This document shows, in pieces, positions 34,555 to 43,808 of a DNA stretch of 55,722 nt. The stretch is from a virus (lineage: Duplodnaviria > Caudoviricetes). The notes beneath the pieces were generated by a model. The model saw only the letters and a program-made list of their open reading frames with translations. It was not told the origin of the DNA and ran no database searches. The position numbers were made by a program, and so were the translations under genes. Where the stretch lies: positions 1 to 55,722 of the IMG/VR virus record IMGVR_UViG_3300042923_000857. One strand, written 5' to 3'. Numbering within the stretch: the stretch's first letter is position 1; each line of letters opens with the position of its first letter.

Positions 34555-34583
34555 AGTATATTACATTCGTAATGTATTTTCAA
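34555..34583 (-). promoter_or_regulatory. SigA promoter for the acyltransferase moron
   Basis: TTGAAA-17-TATACT with the palindrome TACATT-n3-AATGTA in the spacer. Confidence 0.75.
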
Positions 34584-34592
34584 GCACGAAAT

Positions 34593-34616
34593 AAAAAAGG
34601 CGCTCAATGAGCACCT
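34593..34616 (-). terminator. Terminator after the recombinase
   Basis: AGGTGCTC-att-GAGCGCCT followed by a T run. Confidence 0.7.
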
Positions 34617-36210
34617 AAAGGTACGTATCTACTACTACCTCGCCGTACTTATCAACTTCGATCCGCTTCACGCAAAGCATAAGCAGTGGACGAGTTTTCT
34701 CAACATCTGAATATGATGGTAACGCCGTGAGGCCGTCAGCAGATATTTTCGCGTCTCTGACGACTCGGGAAACATCTAACACCCTACGCTCATCAGTGGC
34801 GATCTGTGCTAGCTTTTTGTCCGCCTCTGTTATCTCCATCTCGTATTGTTCTTTTTCGAATTCGTACTGAGCGCCATCAAGATCGCCAAGCATGTTTTGA
34901 CGACGAATTTCGAAAAGCAACTTCCGGTTGTCCTCGATGCGTTTTTCGAGCTTACGCCTATCTTTCTCGTAGTTTCCGCCCGGCATCCTGAATTCCATAT
35001 CTCTGGAACCTCTTTCGAACTCCTTGACCCCTATTCTTACTTGGCGTAAGATTCCATCGATCAGCTCGTCCCGCATTTCAGCATAAGGAATCCATTTGTC
35101 ATTCGAGCATCCGGCCTCTCCAGCTCTCCGTCGACGACTACACATCAAGTAACGATACTCTTTACCAAGACGGTTCTTTGTCTTACTTGCCATAGTTACA
35201 ATGGCAGAACCACATTCCTTACAAAAAATCATCTTAGCAAACACGTTGACGTACGCTCGTCTACCACCTCTTCTTCCTCCGCCGCGCTCCATTCTTATAT
35301 CTTGAGCAATTTCCCATCGCTCAAGCGGGATGACGACCGGGAACCAAACCTTCTCAGACCATTCCCATTTTTCTCTAGGCTGCTTAACGAGTTTTTTTCG
35401 CCTCTTCATCAAATCGGTAAGATCATCGTACATCAATTCAGTTTTGTATCTGCCGTGGACGTTGTAACCAGTATAAATAGGATTTTCAAGTATCGCCTGC
35501 ACAGCGGTTATTGTCCATACCCCGCCTTTATATGCTGGATACTTGATCCCTTCCGGATTGTCGCCGTTCAAATAGTTTACGATCAGCTTATCGCCAAACC
35601 CGTAATCGATTTTTAGGCTAAATATCAATTCGACTAACTCCGCTTTTCCCTTGATTCGTTCAAGTGATTTTCGTTTTCCGCTTTCTTGTAGCGGATCGTC
35701 TACCAGTATCTTGCTAAGACCGAATGGTGGTATGGTTCCGATGTAGTTACCGAATTTTAAAGAAGAAGTTCTGATGCCGCGACTGGAAGATCCGCTTATG
35801 TCCGAACTTGTATTTTGGTTAATGACCGACTTAATTCCGAATAGCAATTCGTCATCCTTCTTGGCCGAGTCGTATCCGTCTTCAATTGAGACCACTCGAA
35901 TCTTAAGTGCATTAACAAGGATTCTTTTCAGTGTAATCGCATCTAGTGCATCCCGGCTAAAACGGGAAAGAGAGGCGAACCATATTGAACGGACCTCGCC
36001 TCTCTTTGCGTCATCTATCATGCGCTTTACGTCTGTACGTTCAACGATTGTTGTTGCTGAATCCTTATCGTGATAAAAGTCATCTGTTCCAAGTTGTATG
36101 CCTTCACGAGCAGCTGTTTCATGTATGAATGACTCCTGATGCTCTGGACTGTCCCTCTGCGAATCTTGGTTAGTTGAAACCCGGACGTAACCTTTATCCT
36201 TTTGTATCAT
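34615..36210 (-). CDS. Large serine recombinase (integrase)
   Basis: GYVRVST..Q (catalytic Ser), SRFSR, ILENPIYTG, CKECG...YLMC zinc ribbon, coiled coil. Confidence 0.93.
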   Translation of the reverse strand: MIQKDKGYVRVSTNQDSQRDSPEHQESFIHETAAREGIQLGTDDFYHDKDSATTIVERTDVKRMIDDAKRGEVRSIWFASLSRFSRDALDAITLKRILVNALKIRVVSIEDGYDSAKKDDELLFGIKSVINQNTSSDISGSSSRGIRTSSLKFGNYIGTIPPFGLSKILVDDPLQESGKRKSLERIKGKAELVELIFSLKIDYGFGDKLIVNYLNGDNPEGIKYPAYKGGVWTITAVQAILENPIYTGYNVHGRYKTELMYDDLTDLMKRRKKLVKQPREKWEWSEKVWFPVVIPLERWEIAQDIRMERGGGRRGGRRAYVNVFAKMIFCKECGSAIVTMASKTKNRLGKEYRYLMCSRRRRAGEAGCSNDKWIPYAEMRDELIDGILRQVRIGVKEFERGSRDMEFRMPGGNYEKDRRKLEKRIEDNRKLLFEIRRQNMLGDLDGAQYEFEKEQYEMEITEADKKLAQIATDERRVLDVSRVVRDAKISADGLTALPSYSDVEKTRPLLMLCVKRIEVDKYGEVVVDTYL

Positions 36211-36388
36211 TACACATTACCCCTGTAACGTATTTAGACAAAACTTCGTCCAAATTATCGCTTACAACGCCGTGTTTTGCAAGAACTTTTTCAATTTCAC
36301 GTTTTAGTAGGGTTCGTGTAATTTCCACGCGCCGATCCTCAACGCAATTGAAACGTATGCGATAAGCTTTTTTCTTCTCTTTAGCCAT
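36194..36388 (-). CDS. Small basic protein upstream of the recombinase (possible directionality factor)
   Basis: Overlaps the recombinase start; function inferred from position only. Confidence 0.45.
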   Translation of the reverse strand: MAKEKKKAYRIRFNCVEDRRVEITRTLLKREIEKVLAKHGVVSDNLDEVLSKYVTGVMCNDTKG

Positions 36389-36425
36389 AGCATCACCCAT
36401 ATATATCGTATGCGCGGGGGCTTAA

Positions 36426-36899
36426 TCAACTTTCCCCCGCGCCTTGCTCCTTCCCCTTCTCTACTGCAATATCTAAAGCTAGGGCCAATTTATAAAAAGC
36501 TTTCCAGCGTATCTTCGCGTAGGTGTTATCGCTAATCGGTGGCTGAAACTTCTGCGTATAAACGTTGTAATCCGTAATGTATTCAGCGTCTTCACACATA
36601 TAGCGTTCTTGAAGCAGAAACCTTTCCATCCGCGGAAGCCCCTTAATCGCTCGCTCAATTTTTTCGCAGTCGTGCTTATGTGATGTTGGAGCGTCCACGT
36701 TATAAATGGCTATGTTGGCCGTTTGATCGCTGGTCACATTTGTTTGGCTGGGAGGGATGACCGAATATCCTGGTGTAATGCTGGCCTCACGCTCTTCGAA
36801 TAGTAAGTATTTATAAAGGCGGTATTTCCCTAACGCCCGTTCCACCGCCTCTTGCGTTAACTTACGATCCAGTTCCGGCAACTCGAATGACAATTGCAT
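36426..36899 (-). CDS. arpU: ArpU-family late transcriptional activator
   Basis: SITPGYS...TSDQTANIA...LLQERY...KAFYKLALAL. Confidence 0.88.
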   Translation of the reverse strand: MQLSFELPELDRKLTQEAVERALGKYRLYKYLLFEEREASITPGYSVIPPSQTNVTSDQTANIAIYNVDAPTSHKHDCEKIERAIKGLPRMERFLLQERYMCEDAEYITDYNVYTQKFQPPISDNTYAKIRWKAFYKLALALDIAVEKGKEQGAGES

Positions 36900-36956
36900 C
36901 CCATCACCTCACTTTGTTTTACCGGAGCGGACGCCGAAGCATCCGCCCCTCTTGCA

Positions 36957-37577
36957 TTAGCCGATCTTTGGACCGCTGGTCACAACCTCTTCATCACCGG
37001 CTTCCGCGTCGGCGGCCTCGATCTGATCCAAGGTTAATTGGTTCTCGTCGTCGATCACTTCCGTCTCTTCGGGCTCTGCCTTCTCGTCGCCAGCCGTTAC
37101 CTCTTCGATGGTAATTTGCTTGGATTCAATAAGCACTTTAGCCAGACGCTTCATGTCCTCCATAATCAGTCCGTGTCTCTTGACTACCGCAACGAAGTCT
37201 TCAAGATCATGCGGGTTTGTGGTTAGTTTTGGACGACCATCTTCCCCAATCTTCGTATCGAAATTCTTATCTACAACTACATCCAAGTGGCACAATTCGT
37301 GGTCTAATAGATATTTCTTCTGAACCGGTGAAAACATTACCCATGCGTTCCGATTAAGGTAAATGATTGCATCGTACCCGAATGTGCTTCGGATATCGTC
37401 CCCAACCACCTTTACGCGGCCAAGTATCGTCCTGCCTTTGGACTCCCATCCGCCATGTTTGAAGAGGATGAGGAAGGATGATTTGATCAGTTTACCGTGA
37501 CTCTCCTTAATTACATCCTGTAACATCGAGTGGGTATCGCTGCCTGCTTGAGTATGAAACTTTTTAGGTGCTGCCAT
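36957..37577 (-). CDS. Putative phage metallopeptidase
   Basis: LLDHELCH (HExxH) and HDLEDF motifs. Confidence 0.75.
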   Translation of the reverse strand: MAAPKKFHTQAGSDTHSMLQDVIKESHGKLIKSSFLILFKHGGWESKGRTILGRVKVVGDDIRSTFGYDAIIYLNRNAWVMFSPVQKKYLLDHELCHLDVVVDKNFDTKIGEDGRPKLTTNPHDLEDFVAVVKRHGLIMEDMKRLAKVLIESKQITIEEVTAGDEKAEPEETEVIDDENQLTLDQIEAADAEAGDEEVVTSGPKIG

Positions 37578-37603
37578 TTATAATTGCTCCTCGCTATTTG
37601 AAT

Positions 37604-37996
37604 TTATTGTAAAATTCTCTTCGGCGCGCTCCGTTTCTTCCGTTCCCATTTAGGATGGAAGTGTTCGCCCGTATGTCCGTATTGATAAAGAATGAATGCT
37701 TTGCTTAGAGATTCCATCCACGAGCTAGTGAATACGATTGTGGCTTCGCCTTCTTCGCCTATCGTGGCGAAATGACTGATCATATCCGGACCGTTTGTTA
37801 ACCGCATTATGCCGATGTCGCTTACGTATTCCTGAATCAGATCCATAAGCTTCAGCGCGGCTACCGGATCGGTTGACCAAGCGCCGACATTGGTCACTAC
37901 AAACTGCCCGAGTTCTTCACTGACAGCCTCGTCCAACTCTGCCCCCGGCTTAATGCTCATGAGTTGCAATGGGGTTATTGGCATTCCTTTAGTCAT
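37604..37996 (-). CDS. Hypothetical protein (ABA-sandwich/BC1872-like)
   Basis: PGAELDEAV...WSTDPVAALKLM pattern. Confidence 0.55.
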   Translation of the reverse strand: MTKGMPITPLQLMSIKPGAELDEAVSEELGQFVVTNVGAWSTDPVAALKLMDLIQEYVSDIGIMRLTNGPDMISHFATIGEEGEATIVFTSSWMESLSKAFILYQYGHTGEHFHPKWERKKRSAPKRILQ

Positions 37997-38121
37997 CCGC
38001 TCTTCCTCTGAGAACTCTTAATTTATCTTCTAATTTATCGATTCTGATGTGTATCATCAGGTCGACATAGCCGATTATTGCGACCACCATGAAAAAGCTA
38101 ATCATTGTCACGATTACAAAA

Positions 38122-38316
38122 TCACGTTCCATTCCTCTTCCTCCCCTCAACAATCTCCATAGCCTGAACGATGGTAACGGTGACCATGACCTTCCAGCCG
38201 TCTACGAGCTCGTACTTGGCGCCGGGGTAATTCTGCTCGACGTATGCCCGCCAGTCTTCCCCGACGATGGGTCCGACGTATTTGCCGTTTATAAATATCG
38301 TGGGACTGACGCTCAT
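38122..38316 (-). CDS. Hypothetical protein
   Basis: Coupled to the ASCH gene. Confidence 0.5.
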   Translation of the reverse strand: MSVSPTIFINGKYVGPIVGEDWRAYVEQNYPGAKYELVDGWKVMVTVTIVQAMEIVEGRKRNGT

Positions 38317-38762
38317 TCAGGTCTTCCCCAATTCCAAAGCCTCTGCTGCCCCTTGGCCGGGATCGGAGCGGGTAGTTTAAACATTTCATCGAATTCCCAG
38401 GCGAAGCGACCATTCTCGTAATATCCGAACTTCTCTTCGTTCAAACTGACCCGCTTCGTATCTCCGCCTATGCCATTGAAAAGCACCGGCATTCCACTCT
38501 GATAATCAGTTCCGATCGACCAGCAATGGCTTAAGTCACCGATTCCTACAACTGCCCCGGTCGGCAGATTTTCCGCCGTGAAGCCATGCTTTGCCAAAAC
38601 GGACTTGATTGGCTCCCGTTCGCAAGCTTCGCGGTCTATCTGCTTGCCTGCGTGGATCGCTGTCTCCCCTCTATGGGATGTTGACCAGCTGCGTGTTTCG
38701 AATATCTTTTCACCGAGGGCTAACAGTGTTGCCCATGGCTGGTGAATCGTAATAGCCTTCAT
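38313..38762 (-). CDS. ASCH-domain protein
   Basis: MKAITIHQPWA...GEKIFETRSW...IHAG...KGQQRLW. Confidence 0.88.
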   Translation of the reverse strand: MKAITIHQPWATLLALGEKIFETRSWSTSHRGETAIHAGKQIDREACEREPIKSVLAKHGFTAENLPTGAVVGIGDLSHCWSIGTDYQSGMPVLFNGIGGDTKRVSLNEEKFGYYENGRFAWEFDEMFKLPAPIPAKGQQRLWNWGRPE

Positions 38763-38948
38763 TCCTGTTCCCTCCCTCAAATGTGATGAGCGGAATACTT
38801 TCGGATCCCGTCGCCGAATTCAACATCGATAACCTGATGGCCGTCAAGCGTTAACCGACCGACACCGATGACCTTACCTTCAACTTCGATGACCTTGTTG
38901 TTCATATCGCGAATCCTGAATAGTTGTTTAGAGCCGACTTTCACTCGC

Positions 38949-39191
38949 TCACCCCCAATGACCGTTGCGCTTCAGTATCTCGATTACTTCATCCGCATAA
39001 GGCTCATCCGTGTTGATGACCAAATACGTGTTCTTGCTCGCCGGTAGCTTCCCGTCCAATCGACGGCCGTTGTCGATCGCGGCTCCCATCATTCCCAGTT
39101 GCGCCCGCTGATCCGCGTTTAGATATTTGAACAAGTCATTTTTCTTGAAAATGCCGAGGAACTTGAATGCCATACCCTGCGTGTTAGCCAA
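38949..39191 (-). CDS. Hypothetical protein
   Basis: GAGGAGG RBS; YLVINTDEPYADEV motif. Confidence 0.6.
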   Translation of the reverse strand: MANTQGMAFKFLGIFKKNDLFKYLNADQRAQLGMMGAAIDNGRRLDGKLPASKNTYLVINTDEPYADEVIEILKRNGHWG

Positions 39192-39227
39192 ACTGTTCGC
39201 CTCCTCTTAGTTTCTAAGGGTTCGTGG

Positions 39228-41756
39228 TTAAAAATTTTTGGTTAAGTCCTCTAGATCGAAAAGCGTTGGCATGTCGACCATACTCTCCGCAGCTCTCAGG
39301 TACCCGACTCCATCGCGGAAATAATCGCTGTTCAATTCGATACCGTAACCGCGGCGCCCCATCTTAACCGCTTGGACCGGTACCGTCATAAGGCCGCCGA
39401 ACGGATCGAGCACGACGTCGCCCTTGTTCGAATACCGGTTGATGATCCGCTCTACGATATCGATTTGTAACGGACATACATGCATTTGAAGCCGCTTCTG
39501 ATTCTGCTGGGTGTTAAGGGTCTTCATCCGATTGATGTTGTCCCACACTTCGTCCGACCAGCTACCCGGGGCGACCACCATGAAAGATGCCGGAAGCTTG
39601 CCGTCCTTATCGAGTCGTTTGGCGAGCTCGACATGCTGTCTGTAGTTGTAGAAGGAACGGCGTGAGAACTTCCGATATGCGGCTTGCAGTTTGCTGACCG
39701 GAAGAGATGCGAGTTCTTCCTTTGCGACTAACCGATCCCCGCTCGAGCGCCAGAATCCATGAGCATCGATCTGCCATTGAGCCCGGGTATATTCTTCCTT
39801 GCTCTTAGTGACCGGATCGTCTGCATAAGCCTTGCCGGTGTTCGACGGGAGCCTCCGGAAGAGAAGGATGTATTCCGGGCAACCGACGCCCATCTTCGTT
39901 CCGTCCTTGCATTGCTCCGTCCAGCCGAGGCGATACGTTTGGTTGTTCTCGCGGACCACGTCGGTTATTACCGTGATCATTCCGAAGTATTGGAAGCCGT
40001 GTTGCGTATAATGGTTGATGCAAATTGCATGGAATGGTTCGATGGTCGGCATTCCGGTACCCGTCGCATTTCCGAATAGCACCCGGTCCTTCACATGACA
40101 AGCGAATACCCTTCCCGGCCTAAGCACTCGCAACAGTTGCGGTGTCAGGTGGTCCATCTGTTCGAAGAACCGTGCGGTATCCTCGTTATGGCCGAAATCG
40201 TTGTACGATGGCGTGTATTCGTAATGGTTAGAGAACGGGATCGAAGTATGGATAAGGTCGACGCTGTTCTCTTCCATCGCGGCCGTCTCGAGCACGCAAT
40301 CATTATTCACGGCCGTATATAGCTCCGTTTCAATTTTCACTCTCTCAACTCCAATGCTTCGTGCTAACTTATCGATGATCGACGTTCCGGAAAGGCCGTA
40401 TTTCTTAATGATCTCGACCATTTTGCCGACCAAGTAATCATGCTGCTTCCACTTCTCAAGCAACGTTTTAAGGATCTCTCGCTCGCTTTCCATATAGATG
40501 AAATGGATTTGGCAAGCATAGAGCTGCAGGAAGCGGTGTATCCGGTGAACCGCCTGAATCGTATCGTTGAAGGAGTAGTCGATCCCGGCGAATATCGCGA
40601 TATGGCTTTGCTGGAGGTTGGCGCCAGACCCGAGTATTTCAGGCTTACTCAAAATGACGGTGTATTTCCTTGCCTTCCAATCCAGCAGCCGTTGCTCCTT
40701 CTCTTCGTGAGTAAGGCTGCCGTAAATCGATGCGACCGAGATACCCGCAGACTTTAAAGCACTCTCGATCTCGTCCTGCTCGTCGTTGAGATGGCACCAT
40801 ATGACGATCTGTTCCGGTAGGTTAGCCTTAACGAGCTCCATGACATTTGCCACACGCTGCCCTATGCTATCGCGCTTCTCCCGCGCCGCATCCTTTAATC
40901 CCATGGCCGCGTCGCGCAGGAGAAGCATCTGGCCATCTCGTTCGGATCCCGCCTCGGAATGATCAACGGCGAGCTCATGATACTGTAGATCCAATTTCGG
41001 TAAGTCATATCCTTCATCGGAGTATCCGAGGTCTGAAGGCTTGGTGATGAACAATGCCCAGGTCGATACCCATAACCAGAACTCATCTTCTTTGTGCGGG
41101 TAGAGCGTCAGATTATTGGCCTTCGTGCTGTCCCTCTGGAAGAAGCGTGTTAGCGCCTGACCAGTATCCATCACCTCTAGATACCCGGCGTAATGGATGA
41201 GCTCCTTATATTTGTTCGGGCTTGGCGTCGCCGTACAAACGAGCTTGAACGGTACGCCTTCGAACTTATCGAGGAACGTTTGATAGGTCTTGGTCCCGTA
41301 TCCGCGCAGAACAGAAGCTTCATCGAGCGAACATGCGGTAAAGTAGTTCGGGTCGATGTCACCGTCCCGTACCCGCTCGTAGTTGGTGAGAAGGATCCTT
41401 CCCTTGGCCGCCTTAACTTCCGCCATCGTCCGGACATACTCAGGAGCATCCATCCCCAACAGGTTGACGGCATCGTTAACGAACTCCTGTTTTACTCCAA
41501 GGGGCATGACGATTAGTGCTTGACCTCCTATCCGGTCCGTAACGATGCGGCAATACTCGAGCTGTTGAAGCGTCTTACCGAGCCCGAACTTTGCAAATAT
41601 CGCCCGTCTGCCCCCGCGAACCCCCCATACGACTCCATCCCGTTGATGGGGCTTTAATATCGGATGGACTTCATCGGGTGATATTTCGAAACCCGATTCC
41701 TTGGCGATTACTATCTTAGATTTCAGGAATTCGAGATAAGAACTGATTTGTATCAC
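39228..41756 (-). CDS. SNF2-like helicase fused to an amino (N4C/N6A) DNA methyltransferase
   Basis: FGLGKT, LDEAS, TATPSPN helicase motifs; TSIPF and VLDPFGG methyltransferase motifs. Confidence 0.85.
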   Translation of the reverse strand: MIQISSYLEFLKSKIVIAKESGFEISPDEVHPILKPHQRDGVVWGVRGGRRAIFAKFGLGKTLQQLEYCRIVTDRIGGQALIVMPLGVKQEFVNDAVNLLGMDAPEYVRTMAEVKAAKGRILLTNYERVRDGDIDPNYFTACSLDEASVLRGYGTKTYQTFLDKFEGVPFKLVCTATPSPNKYKELIHYAGYLEVMDTGQALTRFFQRDSTKANNLTLYPHKEDEFWLWVSTWALFITKPSDLGYSDEGYDLPKLDLQYHELAVDHSEAGSERDGQMLLLRDAAMGLKDAAREKRDSIGQRVANVMELVKANLPEQIVIWCHLNDEQDEIESALKSAGISVASIYGSLTHEEKEQRLLDWKARKYTVILSKPEILGSGANLQQSHIAIFAGIDYSFNDTIQAVHRIHRFLQLYACQIHFIYMESEREILKTLLEKWKQHDYLVGKMVEIIKKYGLSGTSIIDKLARSIGVERVKIETELYTAVNNDCVLETAAMEENSVDLIHTSIPFSNHYEYTPSYNDFGHNEDTARFFEQMDHLTPQLLRVLRPGRVFACHVKDRVLFGNATGTGMPTIEPFHAICINHYTQHGFQYFGMITVITDVVRENNQTYRLGWTEQCKDGTKMGVGCPEYILLFRRLPSNTGKAYADDPVTKSKEEYTRAQWQIDAHGFWRSSGDRLVAKEELASLPVSKLQAAYRKFSRRSFYNYRQHVELAKRLDKDGKLPASFMVVAPGSWSDEVWDNINRMKTLNTQQNQKRLQMHVCPLQIDIVERIINRYSNKGDVVLDPFGGLMTVPVQAVKMGRRGYGIELNSDYFRDGVGYLRAAESMVDMPTLFDLEDLTKNF

Positions 41757-41781
41757 CTCATTTCTAAACCTATAGGTTGAT

Positions 41782-43407
41782 TTACTGATTGATCACATCT
41801 AGAATTCTGCATCCGATCTCGAATGCAAGGATAGACGTCACACCGTTTCCAGCCATTTTATAAAGCTGCGAATCGCTTATGCCTTCCTTGATTCCGGTCC
41901 GTTGGATCAGGGATAGGACTTGCTCAGTAATGTCATTTCGAGTCATATCGATCTGTTCGATTAACTCTGGGTGACGGAAAAGCTTGAGTTTTACATACCA
42001 CCAATCGGGATAGCTCTGAAGACGGAAACATTCGAGTGGGGTGAGTTTGCGGATGCGATGTCCGACGACAGCGTGATTATTGTCTTGATAACTGTTCGAT
42101 GTTAATGTCGGTGCAATGTCATGCGTTCCGCCCTTGTTATAACCTCGCGGTCGTTGGTAGATAAAGTTTCCGCTTGAACCGCCGCCTCCACCTTTCAAGC
42201 AATGAGATAACCCGTCATCTCTTGTTTCAAATCCGCGGCTATGAATAAGGCCGCTCTCAACATCAACGATAACTACCCCATGTAAATCTTGCGCCGTCAG
42301 GGTAAACATTGGCTCTCCAGGTTCCTTCATTCTTCGACCGTTCTGGCGTTTCTCCATGCGGTCAGGAGTCAGTACAGCTCTTGGTTCCTCAACGACCATC
42401 GTTCTTCTGGCCTTAATGTTTGGATTATCATTGATGCCTTTCTGATACCCTGCATCAAGGCAGTAGGCAATGCCTTCACCATTTATGCTGTATTGAGTTG
42501 GCTTGTGATCAATAATCTTAGTAACTGCATTCCCATGCTGCGCAAGTTGTGTTGGGGCAATCCCATCAGGAGCATATATCTTACCTGTACCGCCGCTGTC
42601 ACAATCTAGTTGACCGGCAATAACGATTTTCGGTTCATTTCCTTTACTTTGAGCTCTAAGGGTTGGAGCGATTTCGCTCAGCTTATTAGATTTATTTCTA
42701 CCCTGATCATCAAGTATCTTCGGTTCCTGCCTACCGCCCTGCATCGTGGAAAGTGCCGGTGCTACCCCCCCAGTTCCGTAGACTCGGTTCCATTGATCTT
42801 TTCCGGGGAGTGCGAGTCTTCCAATGACATCAATAGTTTTGCTGTTTTCTCGTCCGAAAGGAAATATTTTTCCGGCACTGCATCCTCTAAGACTTGCGAC
42901 AATGAATATCCGCTCTCGGTTTTGAGGAACGTAGGCCGCGCTGTTAAGCACTTGCCATTCTCCCACGTACCCCAACTCATCCAATGTGCCGAGGATAATT
43001 CCGAGCGTTCTTCCTCCGTCATGGTTTCTAAGTCCGTCCACATTTTCAAGGAGTAGAAATTCGGGTCGGAGAACAGATGCGAACCGGACGACTTCAAAAA
43101 AGAGAGTACCTCTAGTCTGGTCTGCAAATCCTTCACGTTTTCCAGCAATGCTGAAAGTTTGGCATGGAAATCCGGCAGCGATAAGCCGTACGCCTCCGTC
43201 GATTCGTTCTCCGAGTTCCCGAATAGATCCATCTGATACATCTCTGATGTCATATGCGCTCCATAACCTCCTTTCAGGATCGTGTAGCACCTCATAAGCT
43301 TGATGAGCGTATTTATCCCACTCGACGTAACCAACACACTCCATACCCGCCTGTGTGAGTCCATGCCCTATACCGCTTATGCCGGCGAATAGTTCAAGGA
43401 ACTTCAT
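41782..43407 (-). CDS. C5-cytosine DNA methyltransferase with a long repeated variable region
   Basis: LFAGISG, GFPCQ, ENV, QNRERIF, RKLTPLECFRLQ, YKMAGNGV. Confidence 0.93.
   Translation of the reverse strand: MKFLELFAGISGIGHGLTQAGMECVGYVEWDKYAHQAYEVLHDPERRLWSAYDIRDVSDGSIRELGERIDGGVRLIAAGFPCQTFSIAGKREGFADQTRGTLFFEVVRFASVLRPEFLLLENVDGLRNHDGGRTLGIILGTLDELGYVGEWQVLNSAAYVPQNRERIFIVASLRGCSAGKIFPFGRENSKTIDVIGRLALPGKDQWNRVYGTGGVAPALSTMQGGRQEPKILDDQGRNKSNKLSEIAPTLRAQSKGNEPKIVIAGQLDCDSGGTGKIYAPDGIAPTQLAQHGNAVTKIIDHKPTQYSINGEGIAYCLDAGYQKGINDNPNIKARRTMVVEEPRAVLTPDRMEKRQNGRRMKEPGEPMFTLTAQDLHGVVIVDVESGLIHSRGFETRDDGLSHCLKGGGGGSSGNFIYQRPRGYNKGGTHDIAPTLTSNSYQDNNHAVVGHRIRKLTPLECFRLQSYPDWWYVKLKLFRHPELIEQIDMTRNDITEQVLSLIQRTGIKEGISDSQLYKMAGNGVTSILAFEIGCRILDVINQ
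42762..43253 (-). CDS. Nested alternative-frame gene inside the C5-MTase (M.EcoHK31I beta-like)
   Basis: Open alternative frame; AAGGAGGT SD at 43273-43266 before ATG 43253; SLSQVLEDAVPEKYFLS motif. Confidence 0.6.
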   Translation of the reverse strand: MTSEMYQMDLFGNSENESTEAYGLSLPDFHAKLSALLENVKDLQTRLEVLSFLKSSGSHLFSDPNFYSLKMWTDLETMTEEERSELSSAHWMSWGTWENGKCLTARPTFLKTESGYSLSQVLEDAVPEKYFLSDEKTAKLLMSLEDSHSPEKINGTESTELGG

Positions 43408-43808
43408 GAGTCATCATCCTCGTCACCGAACGGAAGAAGTTCCTTCAACACGGCCGCTTCAATTTCCGTTTTCCCGACACCCCAACCCGCTAGATATCGC
43501 TTCAACGTGCTGATGTCGACATTGCTCTTCTCGGCAACTGCGTCGCGGCTCAATCCGGTTAAACGAAGCTGGAGGTATTCCTCTTTCGTTAACTTGAACC
43601 TCCGATTTTTCCTCGCCGAGCTGTCCATAGCCCTTCTCATTTGCCTAACTCTTTGGGAAGATGCCGAAACGATAACCGGATCCTTGCTGCCCTTCTGTAC
43701 GTTGGACTCAGGGATGTACACGCGATCCGGTTCTCCTAAGTCCATGCCCGGCTTATAGTTGGCAACTTGCTCCGGAGTAAGATGGAATTCCGAGACTTTG
43801 TTGATCAC
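43404..43808 (-). CDS. Hypothetical protein with C-terminal HTH
   Basis: LTKEEYLQLRLTGLSRDAVAEKSNVDISTLKRYL. Confidence 0.6.
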   Translation of the reverse strand: MINKVSEFHLTPEQVANYKPGMDLGEPDRVYIPESNVQKGSKDPVIVSASSQRVRQMRRAMDSSARKNRRFKLTKEEYLQLRLTGLSRDAVAEKSNVDISTLKRYLAGWGVGKTEIEAAVLKELLPFGDEDDDS

